A stretch of DNA of 63,845 bases, filler included. It is 4 parts of 4 records of this genome, joined end to end, with 100 filler letters (N's around TTAATTAATTAA, not from the genome) between each part and the next. Parts side by side here need not be neighbours in the genome. Positions count along the whole stretch, not along the records: positions 40,995 to 58,521 come from SRR22947727_1301; 3 more parts are not named here. One strand, written 5' to 3'. The position numbers were made by a program, and so were the translations under genes. The notes under the pieces are model-generated. The model had not been told where the DNA came from. It made no database searches and saw only the letters and a list, made by a program, of their open reading frames with translations. Numbering within the stretch: the stretch's first letter is position 1; each line of letters starts with the position of its first letter. Of the stretch, positions 47,507 to 58,521 are shown one piece after another.

Positions 47507-48478
47507 ATGTCATCCCATGACCGTTCACTCTATCTGCGGTATGCAGAGGCCCTAAGTCATCCAAATGATTTTTCCGGCGCAATTGCCGCGTTCTTCGCCG
47601 CGGACGCCAACATCAATGTTGTTCACCCTTTCAACGAACTGCAGGGGGCAGACACATATCTCAACAAATTCCTGCGTCCGTTACAGAAGTCGTTTGATGG
47701 ACTTTACAGACGGAACGACATTTTTATGGCTGGTCAATTTGAAGGACAGAACTGGATCAGTTCTACAGGCTACTATGTCGGACGGTTTGCTCAAGACTGG
47801 ATCGGCATCAAGGCAACCGGCATGCTTAGCTATCTGCGCTATGGTGAGTTTCACCGCGTTGAGAAAGGCAAGGTGCTCGAAAGCTATATCTACCTCGACA
47901 TTCCGGAATTGATGATCGCCTGCAATCAATGGCCATTGTCGATGGGGCCGGGAATATCGCGCGGCCACACAGGGCTAATCCAAGGACCGGCGAGCAGGGA
48001 TGGCGTCATCATAGACGCTACCGATCCTATCGAAGACCAACGCAGTTATCAGATAGTAACAGATATGCTGGGTGTGTTGGCGACCAAGGATGAAGCTTGG
48101 CGGCCCTACTGGCACGAGAACATGATGTGGTATGGTCCAGGCGCATTTGGCAGCTTTGTCGGTATCGACGAATTTGCATCTTTTCAGGTCCCCTTTGAGT
48201 CCCAGTTTGACGGATGGTCTGGCGGATCCAAGGGAAATGGGATGACCAAGCATTTCACAAGGTATGGAGAAGGAAATTACACGTGTTCAGGAGGTTGGCC
48301 ATCCCTGACCGGTGTCAACGTGAAACCATTCTTGGGACAAGTTCCCACAAATAAGAGGGTCTTTATGCGGGTCTGTGACTGGTGGCGGCGGGAAGATAGC
48401 CTTCTTATCGAAAACTGGGTATTCGTGGATGTCCCGCATGTCTTGCTGCAATTGGGATTTGATCCGTTACCCAACTAG
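47507..48478 (+). CDS. Tandem SnoaL-like/ester cyclase protein
   Basis: Two NTF2-like halves (RYGEFHRVEKGKVLESY..LD; RVCDWWRRE...IENWVFVD). Confidence 0.75.
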   Translation: MSSHDRSLYLRYAEALSHPNDFSGAIAAFFAADANINVVHPFNELQGADTYLNKFLRPLQKSFDGLYRRNDIFMAGQFEGQNWISSTGYYVGRFAQDWIGIKATGMLSYLRYGEFHRVEKGKVLESYIYLDIPELMIACNQWPLSMGPGISRGHTGLIQGPASRDGVIIDATDPIEDQRSYQIVTDMLGVLATKDEAWRPYWHENMMWYGPGAFGSFVGIDEFASFQVPFESQFDGWSGGSKGNGMTKHFTRYGEGNYTCSGGWPSLTGVNVKPFLGQVPTNKRVFMRVCDWWRREDSLLIENWVFVDVPHVLLQLGFDPLPN

Positions 48479-48771
48479 CAGAGTCGGCAAAACTAATGCT
48501 CTTTACTTGATGAGTTGAAAAATTCGCTAGCAAACTAGCGTCAAAGTTCGGAATGTCTGCAGTCAATTGCGGACATTCAAATTGAACCGGGCAATGGCAG
48601 CTTTGTCCGCAGTGCAGTCATCAGTGCGCCTCGGCAATCTGTATCCGGCTCCCCGTGAAAACGTCTGGGATCTATGCCCCAATCAATCTCTAGCGTAGAC
48701 AAATGATAAATACAGAGATAACTGATTATCTTAAATTATGGGTTGGGATTGCTGTGCCGAATATTGACAAC

Positions 48772-49161
48772 ATGCCACCGTTAAACTGGCTACGCAGCTT
48801 TGAGGCTTGTGCCAGGCTCGGATCCTTCACAGCCGCAGCGGCAGAGCTGAACATCACCCAACCTGCGGTGTCGCATCAGATCCGGCTACTGGAGGCTCAT
48901 CTGAAACTTGCCCTGTTCCATCGAGTTGGCCGTACTAAGCAGCCGACAGACGAAGGTCGCAACTATCTGTACTTCGTGCATGAGGCTTTCGAGATACTGC
49001 GCGCTGGATCCCGAAAGGTCGCTGATCCGGACCGCGGAAAGTCGCTGACGTTGCGTGCGAACATGGCTTTGACGCTCTTCTGGCTCATGCCACGTTTGGG
49101 CAGCCTGTATCGGCAACACCCGTGGTTGCGGTTGAATATCCTACCACATGGTATTAATTAA
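48772..49161 (+). pseudogene. Truncated GcvA-like LysR regulator
   Basis: PPLNWLRSFEACARLGSFTAAAAELNITQPAVSHQIR; stops at about 130 aa into AT-rich DNA. Confidence 0.8.
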
Positions 49162-49626
49162 AATATAATCGTTTAATAACAATGCATTGTATATATATTG
49201 TGTCGGTGCGTTAAAAAATGCGCTAAATTATAATACGCAGACCACAAGAGCACCATGTTCAACAGGGTAATAATGCCTCTGCTAAACTCAGAACGCAAAC
49301 ATTTCTGAAGGTATTTTCTCAACGAAAACCAAACTGCCGCCTTTTGACGCCGCCAAGGCCATTTGGCGGGCTGATAATAACTACGTCGAACAGTTTCTTG
49401 CAGAATGTGTTTACCAAAACGCTGGTGATCGCATTGCCCTGAAATCATTATACGATAAATACGCTGGATGGTTTCAATCTACTGGCCCGACGGCCAGCAT
49501 GCGCTTTGGCTCGCTTCAGCTTTGTGACAAGCACGCGCGCCAAAGCTCCACACAATCTCCAAGCAAAGTGGCCCAATTTTACGTCGCGATTGACAAAGGA
49601 GGCCGCGACGCATTTTTACCAATCGG

Positions 49627-50583
49627 TCATCTATCAGGGAAATGCCCTCTAGTACCGGAACGAATTTGTCCGCCTCGCCAGTTGCCTTGCTCGACCTCAC
49701 CTACCAGTATCTTGCGGACGATATCGTAGACCGCGGCGGCAGCTCTGGACAACGGTCGCGAATTTGGGATCGCCAGGCAAACCATCCTGGACACTCTGGG
49801 GTTAACAATCTTACGGGCATCAATGTCGCCTGAAAACCATAGATCTGACATAGATGGCCAGTTCAAAACCGTCGCACCGATACCAGCCTTTACCATGCTG
49901 CGAATGGTCAAAAGCGATTGCTGTTCATACCGAATGTTCAGCTGCCCATTGAGCTTGATCATGGCAGTTTCTAGATTGCGGCGCACGTTCACTTTACGAT
50001 TGGGCATGGCGAGTGGAATGTCTTGTAGGTCTATCAGATCAACATCAGTTGTGTTCGGGTCTGTTCCCTCCCTCTTCGTAAAAAAGAACAGATCTTCTTC
50101 CAAAACTGGCTCAAAGGTCACGTTTTGTAAGTGTCCGACATTCGCCAAGATTCCGAAATCAACCTTACCAGAATCTATTGACTGGCCGGCTTGATATCCC
50201 AGCCCATCTTCGATGCAGATCGTAATGTCCGGATGGATTTTCCCAACGGTTTCAACAATCGGTGCTGCCAGTTGCGATGCCATGCCTACAGGCAGCGCGA
50301 TGCTCACTTCCCCCTCAAATATATTCGCCTTCCGGTGCACGCCCACCCGAGCCACGTCAATTTTTTCGAGTATATCGCGGGCGTGAAGGTAGAATTTCTG
50401 CCCCATCTCTGTGACTTTTGTTCCACCCGGGCCGCGGAGCAGCAATTGACAATCGAGTTCTTTTTCCAACTCGATAATCTGCCTGCTGAGCGCCGGCTGT
50501 GTCACGTTCAATTCTGCTGAGGCCGCAAGGAACCCGCCATTTTCAACGATGCCGCAAAAATACTTGATCTGAACAATCTTCAT
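49627..50583 (-). CDS. LysR-family regulator divergent from the TTT operon
   Basis: ASAELNVTQPALSRQIIELEKEL HTH; full-length substrate domain. Confidence 0.93.
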   Translation of the reverse strand: MKIVQIKYFCGIVENGGFLAASAELNVTQPALSRQIIELEKELDCQLLLRGPGGTKVTEMGQKFYLHARDILEKIDVARVGVHRKANIFEGEVSIALPVGMASQLAAPIVETVGKIHPDITICIEDGLGYQAGQSIDSGKVDFGILANVGHLQNVTFEPVLEEDLFFFTKREGTDPNTTDVDLIDLQDIPLAMPNRKVNVRRNLETAMIKLNGQLNIRYEQQSLLTIRSMVKAGIGATVLNWPSMSDLWFSGDIDARKIVNPRVSRMVCLAIPNSRPLSRAAAAVYDIVRKILVGEVEQGNWRGGQIRSGTRGHFPDR

Positions 50584-50831
50584 AAGTTGGCTCGTTAGGT
50601 TCGCTGATGCCTAATTTCTATAACTGCACCTGTCTTGAAGTCAAAGTTTAATGATGGAAAAGCGACAGAATGCACTGCAAATTGGGTATTATCGAAGTGA
50701 CGTGCGTAACGGTTGATAACAAACCGGCATTGGCCCTATGTGTGAAAACAATTAGAAATCCAGCCCGCGGCGGATACCCTGGGTCTTGGAATATCATGTC
50801 GAACTGACATTTTCATTTTCGGGAGGATCAT

Positions 50832-51785
50832 ATGAAACGCGTCAATACCCTACTCAAAAAGGTTCTGGCTGCAGGCCTTTCTTTTGGCTTAAGCGCAAGC
50901 ATGGCGTTAGCCGAGGACTATCCAAGCAAACCCATAGAAATGGTGATTGGGTTTAAGCCTGGCGGTTTTTCTGATGCAATGGCTCGGAAACTGTCTGAAC
51001 CATTGACCAAAGCGCTCGACCAGCCAATCGTTCACACCTATATGGGTGGTGCCGGTGGCAGCATCGCGGCAACTGCTGTCAAAGGAAAAGACGCCGATGG
51101 GTATACGGTTGTTGTGGCAACCAGTCTAACATTTGCATTCAACCCTTTGCAGGGCGAAGTCACCTATACAAAAGATGACTATGATTACCTCTTGACCATG
51201 GCACGGTTTGAAACCTCGTTCGTGTCTTTGGCAGACAAGCCCTGGACGGATTTACCCTCCATGCTGGAGCATGCAAAATCGACAGGAATGGCGCTTAAGT
51301 TTGGGTCTCTGGGCCCAGCAGATCGGCTTCAGGCCGAAGCGATATCCAAAGCAACAGGTGTCGTAATCATCCCAATTCCGGTCAAAGGCGGGGCGAACAT
51401 GATGCAGAATATTCTTGGGGGACACGTGGACTTCGGCCTCAGCGGTGGCCCGCATGTCAAATATGTGAAATCTGGTGAGATGATTGTACTGGCCGCTTCT
51501 GGCTCAGAACCACTTAATGCAACACCTGATGCGCCAACCATGTCCAGTCTTGGGTATCCCGCTGTAAGTTACAATTCTGTTATTGCCGCACCCAAGGGTC
51601 TATCCGCTGATGTGAAGATGGAGCTGGAAGCGGCCTTGCTCGATGCTGCAAACTCAACCGAGTTTCAGGAGTTGGTGCAGGGTCGCTATGTGGGGATAAC
51701 GCCCATGGGCGCGGACGATACCGCAGCATCAATCGACACAATCTCCAATGCAATGGAAGCTGTGATAAATGCATCAGGCAGCTGA
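50832..51785 (+). CDS. tctC: Tripartite tricarboxylate transporter substrate-binding protein
   Basis: Signal peptide; YPSKPIEMVIGFKPGG.SD..AR, GGAGG, KGG...ILGGHVD. Confidence 0.9.
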   Translation: MKRVNTLLKKVLAAGLSFGLSASMALAEDYPSKPIEMVIGFKPGGFSDAMARKLSEPLTKALDQPIVHTYMGGAGGSIAATAVKGKDADGYTVVVATSLTFAFNPLQGEVTYTKDDYDYLLTMARFETSFVSLADKPWTDLPSMLEHAKSTGMALKFGSLGPADRLQAEAISKATGVVIIPIPVKGGANMMQNILGGHVDFGLSGGPHVKYVKSGEMIVLAASGSEPLNATPDAPTMSSLGYPAVSYNSVIAAPKGLSADVKMELEAALLDAANSTEFQELVQGRYVGITPMGADDTAASIDTISNAMEAVINASGS

Positions 51786-51814
51786 TGTTTGAACAGGCAG
51801 ACATGCCAGGGTGA

Positions 51815-52315
51815 GTGTCGATGACAAACCGAAACATCACATCCTCAGTTGTCGCACTACTGGCAGGGGCCGCGCTTTGGTTCCTGCCTGATCATGTACG
51901 CGGTCAAAATACTCTATTTGCGATGAATGGCACCCTGTTGCCAGCCTCGGCGTTGGCTTTGATCTTTGGGCTTTCCCTGCTCGATTTGGCCTCAAGCATA
52001 GCCTTTTCGCAGCGATCAGATGCCAACAGGAATGTTGCGAAAGCGAACGACGTTGTCTTAACACGTGCTGCTGTCTATGGCTGTTTGCTGGTTGGTTCGG
52101 TTGCGTGCCTTTTCACTTTTCTCCTGCCATGGATGGGATATTTCCCGACGGCTACCGCATTGGTGGTGGCGCTAATGTTTGGAACCGGTGGGCGTAATCC
52201 GTTCTCCATTTTAGGCACCTCAGTTCTGGCGATCCTGATCCTGTATTGTGGCCTTCGTTATGGCCTTGGCTTGCATATTCAAGTTTGGCCCGACGTGGCC
52301 CGGCTGGGGGGCTGA
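51815..52315 (+). CDS. tctB: Tripartite tricarboxylate transporter small subunit
   Basis: 4-5 TM protein between tctC and tctA; LLPWMGYFP. Confidence 0.75.
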   Translation: MSMTNRNITSSVVALLAGAALWFLPDHVRGQNTLFAMNGTLLPASALALIFGLSLLDLASSIAFSQRSDANRNVAKANDVVLTRAAVYGCLLVGSVACLFTFLLPWMGYFPTATALVVALMFGTGGRNPFSILGTSVLAILILYCGLRYGLGLHIQVWPDVARLGG

Positions 52316-52317
52316 CG

Positions 52318-53853
52318 ATGGACGCACTGCTTGCGGGCATTCAAAATGCCACTTCTGTTGAGCCGCTTTTGGCAATTCTTGCAGGGGTCTCAATCGGCAT
52401 CTTTATGGGGGCGGTTCCCGGTCTAACTGCGGCCATGGCAATTGCTCTATTGGCGCCGGTAACATTCGGATTGGACCCGTTGACCGCTGTTGCCTTTCTG
52501 ATTGGGATATACAAAGGCGGAACCTTCGGGGGATCAATTTCAGCAGTCTTGCTCAACGTTCCCGGGTCACCGGAGGCCACGGCAACTGCGATTGATGGGT
52601 ATCCATTATCGCGAAAAGGGCGCGCCAAGCAGGTGCTTCAGATGGCGCTCTATGCATCTGTCGCAGGCGCAATTCTGGCGGATCTTCTTCTGTATCTTGT
52701 GGCCGCGCCTTTTTCGAAAATCGCATTGAAGTTCGGTCCGGCAGAGCTGACTTTTGTGGTGTTGTTTGCATTTACTTTTGTGGCAGGGCTGACCGGAAAA
52801 TCCATGGCACGTGGCCTGACGGCCTGCGCGTTTGGCGTGCTGTGCGCCATGGTCGGGCTTGATCCCATGAACGCCTCACCTCGAATGACGTTTGGCTTCG
52901 TGGAACTGTTGGATGGTCTGCCTCTGTTGCCAATCGCGATTGGGATGTTGGGCTTGGCTGAGGTGATGGTCGCCGCTGAACGTGCCTATGCGCGTAGGCT
53001 TGGCGGTACGAAGCACTCAGCAGAATCGATCAGCGCCACCAGCGGCCCGGCGCTTTCGATTGCTGAGTTTACTTCCCATTGGAAAACCATATTGCGTTCC
53101 AGCTTGATTGGCTCAGCGATTGGGGCTTTGCCCGGTATTGGGGCCTCGCTGGCTGCGTTTGTCGGGTATGGCACAGCACGGAAATATTCAAAAACACCCG
53201 AGGAATTTGGCAAGGGTATTTTGGATGGTGTCGCTGGCCCTGAGGCTGCAAATAGTGCCGTTGTTGGCGGCAGTTTTGTACCGCTCCTTACACTTGGCAT
53301 TCCGGGAAATGTGTCTACTGCGCTGTTGATCGGAACCTTTCTGGTTCATGGTATTGAACCGGGACCACATGTTTTCAGATCTGAGCCTGCCCTGATTTAC
53401 GGCATATTCACTATCCTGTTCCTTGCGAATTTTGTAAACCTCGCGGTTGGTTTGTTGGGCAGCGGGCTTTACAGCCATATCGTGAAAGCTCCTCAATACG
53501 TCAGTTATTCCATCATCGGATTGACCTGTATGACGGGTGTCTTTGCCTCAACCAACAGCCTGTTCAGCCTCTACATCATGATCATTTTTGCTGTGATCGG
53601 GTATTTGATGAAAAAGTTCGACTATTCTTTTGTTGCCTTTTTGATTGGCTTTGTACTGGCACCGGAATTCGAGGTGTCGTTCCGGTCATTCTTGCTGGTG
53701 GCCCAAGGCGACCCTCTTGGCTTTTTGATCCAACGGCCCATCGCCATGTTGTTCTGTGTGATAACTGTATTGTCGGTCGTTCGCATTGTTTGGACGGAAC
53801 ATCAAAAGCGGGCTGCTCAGGAACCGTCAACGTCCGCATCCCATGCAAAATAG
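52318..53853 (+). CDS. tctA: Tripartite tricarboxylate transporter permease
   Basis: [38 protein letters not shown]. Confidence 0.93.
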   Translation: MDALLAGIQNATSVEPLLAILAGVSIGIFMGAVPGLTAAMAIALLAPVTFGLDPLTAVAFLIGIYKGGTFGGSISAVLLNVPGSPEATATAIDGYPLSRKGRAKQVLQMALYASVAGAILADLLLYLVAAPFSKIALKFGPAELTFVVLFAFTFVAGLTGKSMARGLTACAFGVLCAMVGLDPMNASPRMTFGFVELLDGLPLLPIAIGMLGLAEVMVAAERAYARRLGGTKHSAESISATSGPALSIAEFTSHWKTILRSSLIGSAIGALPGIGASLAAFVGYGTARKYSKTPEEFGKGILDGVAGPEAANSAVVGGSFVPLLTLGIPGNVSTALLIGTFLVHGIEPGPHVFRSEPALIYGIFTILFLANFVNLAVGLLGSGLYSHIVKAPQYVSYSIIGLTCMTGVFASTNSLFSLYIMIIFAVIGYLMKKFDYSFVAFLIGFVLAPEFEVSFRSFLLVAQGDPLGFLIQRPIAMLFCVITVLSVVRIVWTEHQKRAAQEPSTSASHAK

Positions 53854-53874
53854 AGTTCAATTTCGGAGAAGGTC

Positions 53875-55605
53875 ATGAACGTTCAACCCAAAATTCGTGG
53901 CGGTGCCATTCTTGCCCGCGCGCTCAAGGAAAAAGGTGTGGAACATGTGTTTACCCTTGCAGGCGGGTTTTGCAATCCGGCGTTGGAAGGGTTTATGGAA
54001 TGTCAGATGCCGGTGATCAATTGTCCGCACGAACAGGTCGCAGGCCATCTGGCCGACGGGCACACGCGGATCACCCGAAAACCCTCTGTCTGCCTTGTGG
54101 GGCCAGAAGGGTTTGCCAATGCGGTCCCTGCCATGTTGGAAGCTTGGGGCGAACGCACGCCCGTGATCTTTGTGACCGGTTCTTCAACCCTCAAGCGACA
54201 AGGGGCTGGTGGATTTAAAGAGATTGATGATGTGGCGATTGCTGCGCCATTGACGAAATACTCGGTGCAGATCACCGATGGCGAACGGATCAGCGAATTC
54301 GTGGATCGGGCTTGGCGTGCGGCAACCACCGGCTATCCGGGGCCTGTGCATCTGTCGCTCCCGGTGGACATCATGTTTTCCTCGTTTGACGAAGACGCCG
54401 GGCGCGATGAACGCCCTTTTGATCGCACAGATCAACCCGTCCCACGGGCCTGGCCCGACCCAGAGCGCTTGGAACAGATTCTGGCGCTAGTCAAAGCCGC
54501 CGAACGCCCCGTTATCATCGGGGGCCACGGCATCTGGTGGTCTGGTGGCGAAGCCGCACTTAGTGCCGCCGGTACAAAATTGCGGATGCCGGTTTTCAAT
54601 GTGCCGTATCACACGAAAATACAGGATGAATCTTGTGACGCCTATATAGGATTGGCGGATTTCCACCAGTTTCATCCGTCGAAGCCCGCAATCCACGAAG
54701 CGGATCTGGTCCTGATGGTGGGGTGTCGGCTTGACAATCAAATGAACTTTGGCAATCCACCGTTCATTCAGCCCGAAACCAAACTGGTTTGTGTGAATGG
54801 CAGCCACGAGGAGTTGGATTACAACGTCGGCGCTGACCTGCAGTTGCTGTCTGACCCCGGCGCATTTCTAACAGCACTTGCACAGGTTGATAAAACCTTC
54901 GACGGCTGGCTGAATCTACAACGCAAGCGCCGCGCAGATTGGGTCTCTGAGTGGTCAGCGCATATCGCAACCGAAACCGCGCAGGACGCAGTCAAAGGCC
55001 GCAAGATGCATCCTTTGCAACTGGCTTTGGATGTTCAGGCGGCTATGAAAGACGACGATTGGTTGGTCTTTGACGGCGGGAATACCCATTTTTGGAACGA
55101 AATTGCCACCAACATCGCAGCGGCGCGGGGGCGAAAACTGGGCGGCATTCTGCATCCCGGCAACTACAGTCTGCTTGGGGTTGGTGTTTCTTTTGCATTG
55201 TCTGCCAAGAACCTGAACCGCGATAAAACAGTTGTTCTGGTGACGGGCGACGGGGCGTTTCTGTCTGGGGGCCTGTCAATTGAGGCCTGCTTTCAAGAGA
55301 ACATTCCAATCGTTGTTGTTGTTGATAACAACGGCGGATTGGACTGTATCAGCCAACAACAGGAACGTCTGTTCAAGAACCAACAACACTATGCAACGGA
55401 CTTCCGGGACATTCCATTTCATGGCCTGTTTGAAGGGTTGGGTGGATATGGCGAATTGGTCACAAAACGCGCTGACCTGCCGGCAGCCTTGGAACGCGCA
55501 ATGGCAAGCGGAATGCCTGCCTGTTTGAACGTAAAATGTAGGGGCGTAATTTCTCCTATTGTGGCCGCCACATCAGATAAACGTGACAAAGCGTCTATCG
55601 AATGA
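53875..55605 (+). CDS. ThDP-dependent enzyme (acetolactate synthase/2-hydroxyacyl-CoA lyase-like)
   Basis: HEQVAGHLADG catalytic Glu, GPVHLSLP.D, GDGAF...NN ThDP motif. Confidence 0.88.
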   Translation: MNVQPKIRGGAILARALKEKGVEHVFTLAGGFCNPALEGFMECQMPVINCPHEQVAGHLADGHTRITRKPSVCLVGPEGFANAVPAMLEAWGERTPVIFVTGSSTLKRQGAGGFKEIDDVAIAAPLTKYSVQITDGERISEFVDRAWRAATTGYPGPVHLSLPVDIMFSSFDEDAGRDERPFDRTDQPVPRAWPDPERLEQILALVKAAERPVIIGGHGIWWSGGEAALSAAGTKLRMPVFNVPYHTKIQDESCDAYIGLADFHQFHPSKPAIHEADLVLMVGCRLDNQMNFGNPPFIQPETKLVCVNGSHEELDYNVGADLQLLSDPGAFLTALAQVDKTFDGWLNLQRKRRADWVSEWSAHIATETAQDAVKGRKMHPLQLALDVQAAMKDDDWLVFDGGNTHFWNEIATNIAAARGRKLGGILHPGNYSLLGVGVSFALSAKNLNRDKTVVLVTGDGAFLSGGLSIEACFQENIPIVVVVDNNGGLDCISQQQERLFKNQQHYATDFRDIPFHGLFEGLGGYGELVTKRADLPAALERAMASGMPACLNVKCRGVISPIVAATSDKRDKASIE

Positions 55606-55973
55606 TGGCTTTGGTTACTTCTCATATGTTAAATAGTTTTGATGGGACCCACGCAGGCGGGATCGCAGTCAATCTCACGCGTGTTGGTGCTGACGAACGC
55701 CTTATTTTTTCTACACAAATGGATGAAGGCGGGCGTTTGTCTGAAACTGTTGATCTGAGGTCTGCTGACCCAGACGCTACCTATCAATTGCTTTTTGGAA
55801 CCGGACCTTATTGGAGCATTCGCCTTGGTCAGGCACGCCTACAGGGTATCATTAAGCAGATTGTGTTGCGCTTCCAGATGCCTGACCCGAAAGGACAGTA
55901 TCATATGCCTATTATTCTGTCACCAAATGGCTATTCATCTTGGCTATCTGACCAGCCCTCTGGTCAGGAATAA
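55602..55973 (+). CDS. Transthyretin-like/5-hydroxyisourate hydrolase-like protein (atypical C-terminus)
   Basis: TSHMLN, GGR, Y.L.F.TG.Y, YHMPIILSPNGYS; no YRGS. Confidence 0.78.
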   Translation: MMALVTSHMLNSFDGTHAGGIAVNLTRVGADERLIFSTQMDEGGRLSETVDLRSADPDATYQLLFGTGPYWSIRLGQARLQGIIKQIVLRFQMPDPKGQYHMPIILSPNGYSSWLSDQPSGQE

Positions 55974-55976
55974 GTC

Positions 55977-57446
55977 ATGGTGGGTGAACGACCGAGCGAC
56001 GCTTTTTTTGCAGATCTAAAATCCTGTGTCGGCCCGAAAGGGTGGATTTCCCCGCAGGCGTCTGGCAAGTATTTTGCCGATCCGAGAGGCCGCTTTGTGG
56101 GGGATGCTGTTTTAGTCGTACTGCCGTCTTCTACGGCACAAGTCTCTGCTGTTGTGGCTTTGTGTAACGCACATAAGATTGGGATTATCCCGTTTGGCGG
56201 GGGAACAGGTGGCTCTGCCGGTCATATAGAATTTGAAGGGCGGAATGCTATTGTTTTGTCGCTCGAAAGAATGAACACCATTCGATCAGTCGACATCGAA
56301 ACGGATACAATCACCGCTGAGGCCGGTTGTGTCTTGGCAAATATCCAAACAGCCGCCCAGCAAATAAATCGCCGCTTTGGCCTGTCGCTTGCGTCTGAGG
56401 GCAGTTGCACAATTGGCGGAAACTTAGCGACAAATGCAGGCGGCATTCAGGTTCTTCGGTACGGAAACGCACGGGATCTTTGTTTGGGGATCGAGGCCGT
56501 TTTGCCCGATGGATCTATATTAAACGATCTGCGTCCCCTTAGAAAAGACAACACAGGATTTGACCTGCGCAACCTATTGATTGGGTCCGAGGGGGCGCTT
56601 GGAATCATAACAGCCGCCACTCTTAAACTTGCGCCCCACCCTGACGAAACCGCGACATTTATGTGCGCCCTTAACTCACCAGATGCTGCGGTGACTTTGT
56701 TGCGTGATCTTCGCACAGCACTGGGCGAGACCGTCACCGCGTTCGAACTGATGTCGCAATTAGGCGTTACACTGGCAACCAAACACTTTCCAAGCTTGCT
56801 TGATCCTTTTGATCATCCACATGCTTGGTATGTGGTTGCTGATGTGGAAGGACATTGCGGGATCGCAGCCGGAGTGGCCGAGGTGCTACAAGCGGCGCTG
56901 GAGGTGGAGCTCATTGTTGACGCCATAGTTGCGCAGTCTGATACACAACGGAAATCCCTTTGGGCTCTTCGTGAATTTTCATATGAATACAACATGAAAG
57001 AGGGCGTATTTTGTAGTTCTGACACAGCTGTCCCGACTGATGAAATTACTAACTTTATTAGCCTTACCGATGCTGTTTTGGTAGGTTTGGACTCAGATTT
57101 ACGCGCCAACCGGTATGGGCATGTGGGTGATGGGAACATCCATGTGAATGTCTTCCCACCTGAAGGGATTTCAAAGGACGATTACCTTAATAAAAAGCCA
57201 AACATGCAAGAAGACGTTCGCACGGCAATCAACAACGCAACCGAAGCCTGCCAGGGATCAATAAGCGCTGAACACGGGATTGGCAGATTGAAACGCAAAG
57301 ATCTTCTGCAATTTTCAGATCCGACCAAAATGGCAACCATGCGTGCGATAAAAGTAGCCATAGACCCTAACAACATCATGAACCCGGGAGCACTCTTTAT
57401 GCCCGAATGCTTGGACCGGATCGATAGTAACAGGAGCCTTCAATGA
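55977..57446 (+). CDS. FAD-linked oxidoreductase (D-2-hydroxyacid dehydrogenase type)
   Basis: PFGGGTG, CTIGGNLATNAGG, LRKDNTG, IGSEG.LG, GHVGDGNIH, SAEHGIG. Confidence 0.9.
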   Translation: MVGERPSDAFFADLKSCVGPKGWISPQASGKYFADPRGRFVGDAVLVVLPSSTAQVSAVVALCNAHKIGIIPFGGGTGGSAGHIEFEGRNAIVLSLERMNTIRSVDIETDTITAEAGCVLANIQTAAQQINRRFGLSLASEGSCTIGGNLATNAGGIQVLRYGNARDLCLGIEAVLPDGSILNDLRPLRKDNTGFDLRNLLIGSEGALGIITAATLKLAPHPDETATFMCALNSPDAAVTLLRDLRTALGETVTAFELMSQLGVTLATKHFPSLLDPFDHPHAWYVVADVEGHCGIAAGVAEVLQAALEVELIVDAIVAQSDTQRKSLWALREFSYEYNMKEGVFCSSDTAVPTDEITNFISLTDAVLVGLDSDLRANRYGHVGDGNIHVNVFPPEGISKDDYLNKKPNMQEDVRTAINNATEACQGSISAEHGIGRLKRKDLLQFSDPTKMATMRAIKVAIDPNNIMNPGALFMPECLDRIDSNRSLQ

Positions 57447-58267
57447 ACTATCAGACCATTACTGTCCAAGCCTTGACCCCAACGCTGGGCGCCGAAATCC
57501 ACGGTGTTGATCTGGCAAAGCCACTAACCCCAATTCAATTCAAGGAGATTCACGACGCGTTTCTCAAACATCAAGTCATCTTTTTTCGTGACCAAGAACT
57601 TACTTTAGATCAACATAAAGAATTTGGTAGCTTGTTTGGAGAGCTAGACATTCATCCTTATGCGCCGTCGCAAAAAGGGCATCCCGAAGTATTACCCATT
57701 CACGCAGATGCCAATTCCAAGCAGATTGCAGGCGAACGATGGCATTCGGATGTCTCCTGTGACCCGGAGCCACCGATGGGGTCAATCTTGCACATACATA
57801 CTGTCCCTCCAGTTGGTGGTGACACGTTGTTTTCAAACATGTACGCTGCTTACGATGCGCTGTCGGATGGCATGAAAAGCTACTTGGAAGGATTGGTGGC
57901 CCTTCACGACGGTGCGCCAGGATACCGTAAGCGTGCTTCCATTGAAGGCAAGGAAGACAAGCGCCGGTTCCCCCGCGCTGAGCATCCAGTTATTCGCACC
58001 CACCCGGAGACTGGACAAAAACTCATCTTCGTGAACCCGGTATTCACCACCAACATTCTCGATCTACCTACAGGCGAAGGCGACGCAGTCCTTAAGCTGC
58101 TCTTTGAGCATTGCAACCAACCTCAGTTTCAGGCGCGTTTCAGATGGAAGAAAAACTCGGTCGCTTTCTGGGACAACCGTTGCGTGCAACATATCGCAAT
58201 GTGGGACTACTTTCCGCAAACTCGCTCCGGGAATCGGATTACGCTCAAAGGTGACAAGCCTTTTTGA
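57443..58267 (+). CDS. TauD/TfdA-family 2-oxoglutarate-dependent dioxygenase
   Basis: WHSD, GGDTLF, HPVIRTHPETG, WDNRCVQH, distal Arg. Confidence 0.92.
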   Translation: MNYQTITVQALTPTLGAEIHGVDLAKPLTPIQFKEIHDAFLKHQVIFFRDQELTLDQHKEFGSLFGELDIHPYAPSQKGHPEVLPIHADANSKQIAGERWHSDVSCDPEPPMGSILHIHTVPPVGGDTLFSNMYAAYDALSDGMKSYLEGLVALHDGAPGYRKRASIEGKEDKRRFPRAEHPVIRTHPETGQKLIFVNPVFTTNILDLPTGEGDAVLKLLFEHCNQPQFQARFRWKKNSVAFWDNRCVQHIAMWDYFPQTRSGNRITLKGDKPF

Positions 58268-58521
58268 GGTGCTGTCAGACAAAGTAGCCCAAGCATCAGT
58301 ATTGGATTGTCGACCCTTTTCTATGAGATCAGTAAGGAACGCCACTCGGTGAGAGCAGCGTCACGGTTTAGCTTGAAAGTACTGCGTTTTGAGAGTGACC
58401 TTTGTGAATTGAAGTGATTGTAAAATGAGGCGTGAATTGATGCGAACTTCTGTAGACTGTGTATGCGCCTAAACCGAAGCATTGCCCTTTCTCGTCGTCG
58501 AAAGGGTAAATGTGAATTCTC

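Noticed and set aside
57443-58267. Calling the dioxygenase tauD and the operon taurine catabolism
   Set aside because: Family is clear, but there is no tauABC and the substrate cannot be inferred from the sequence
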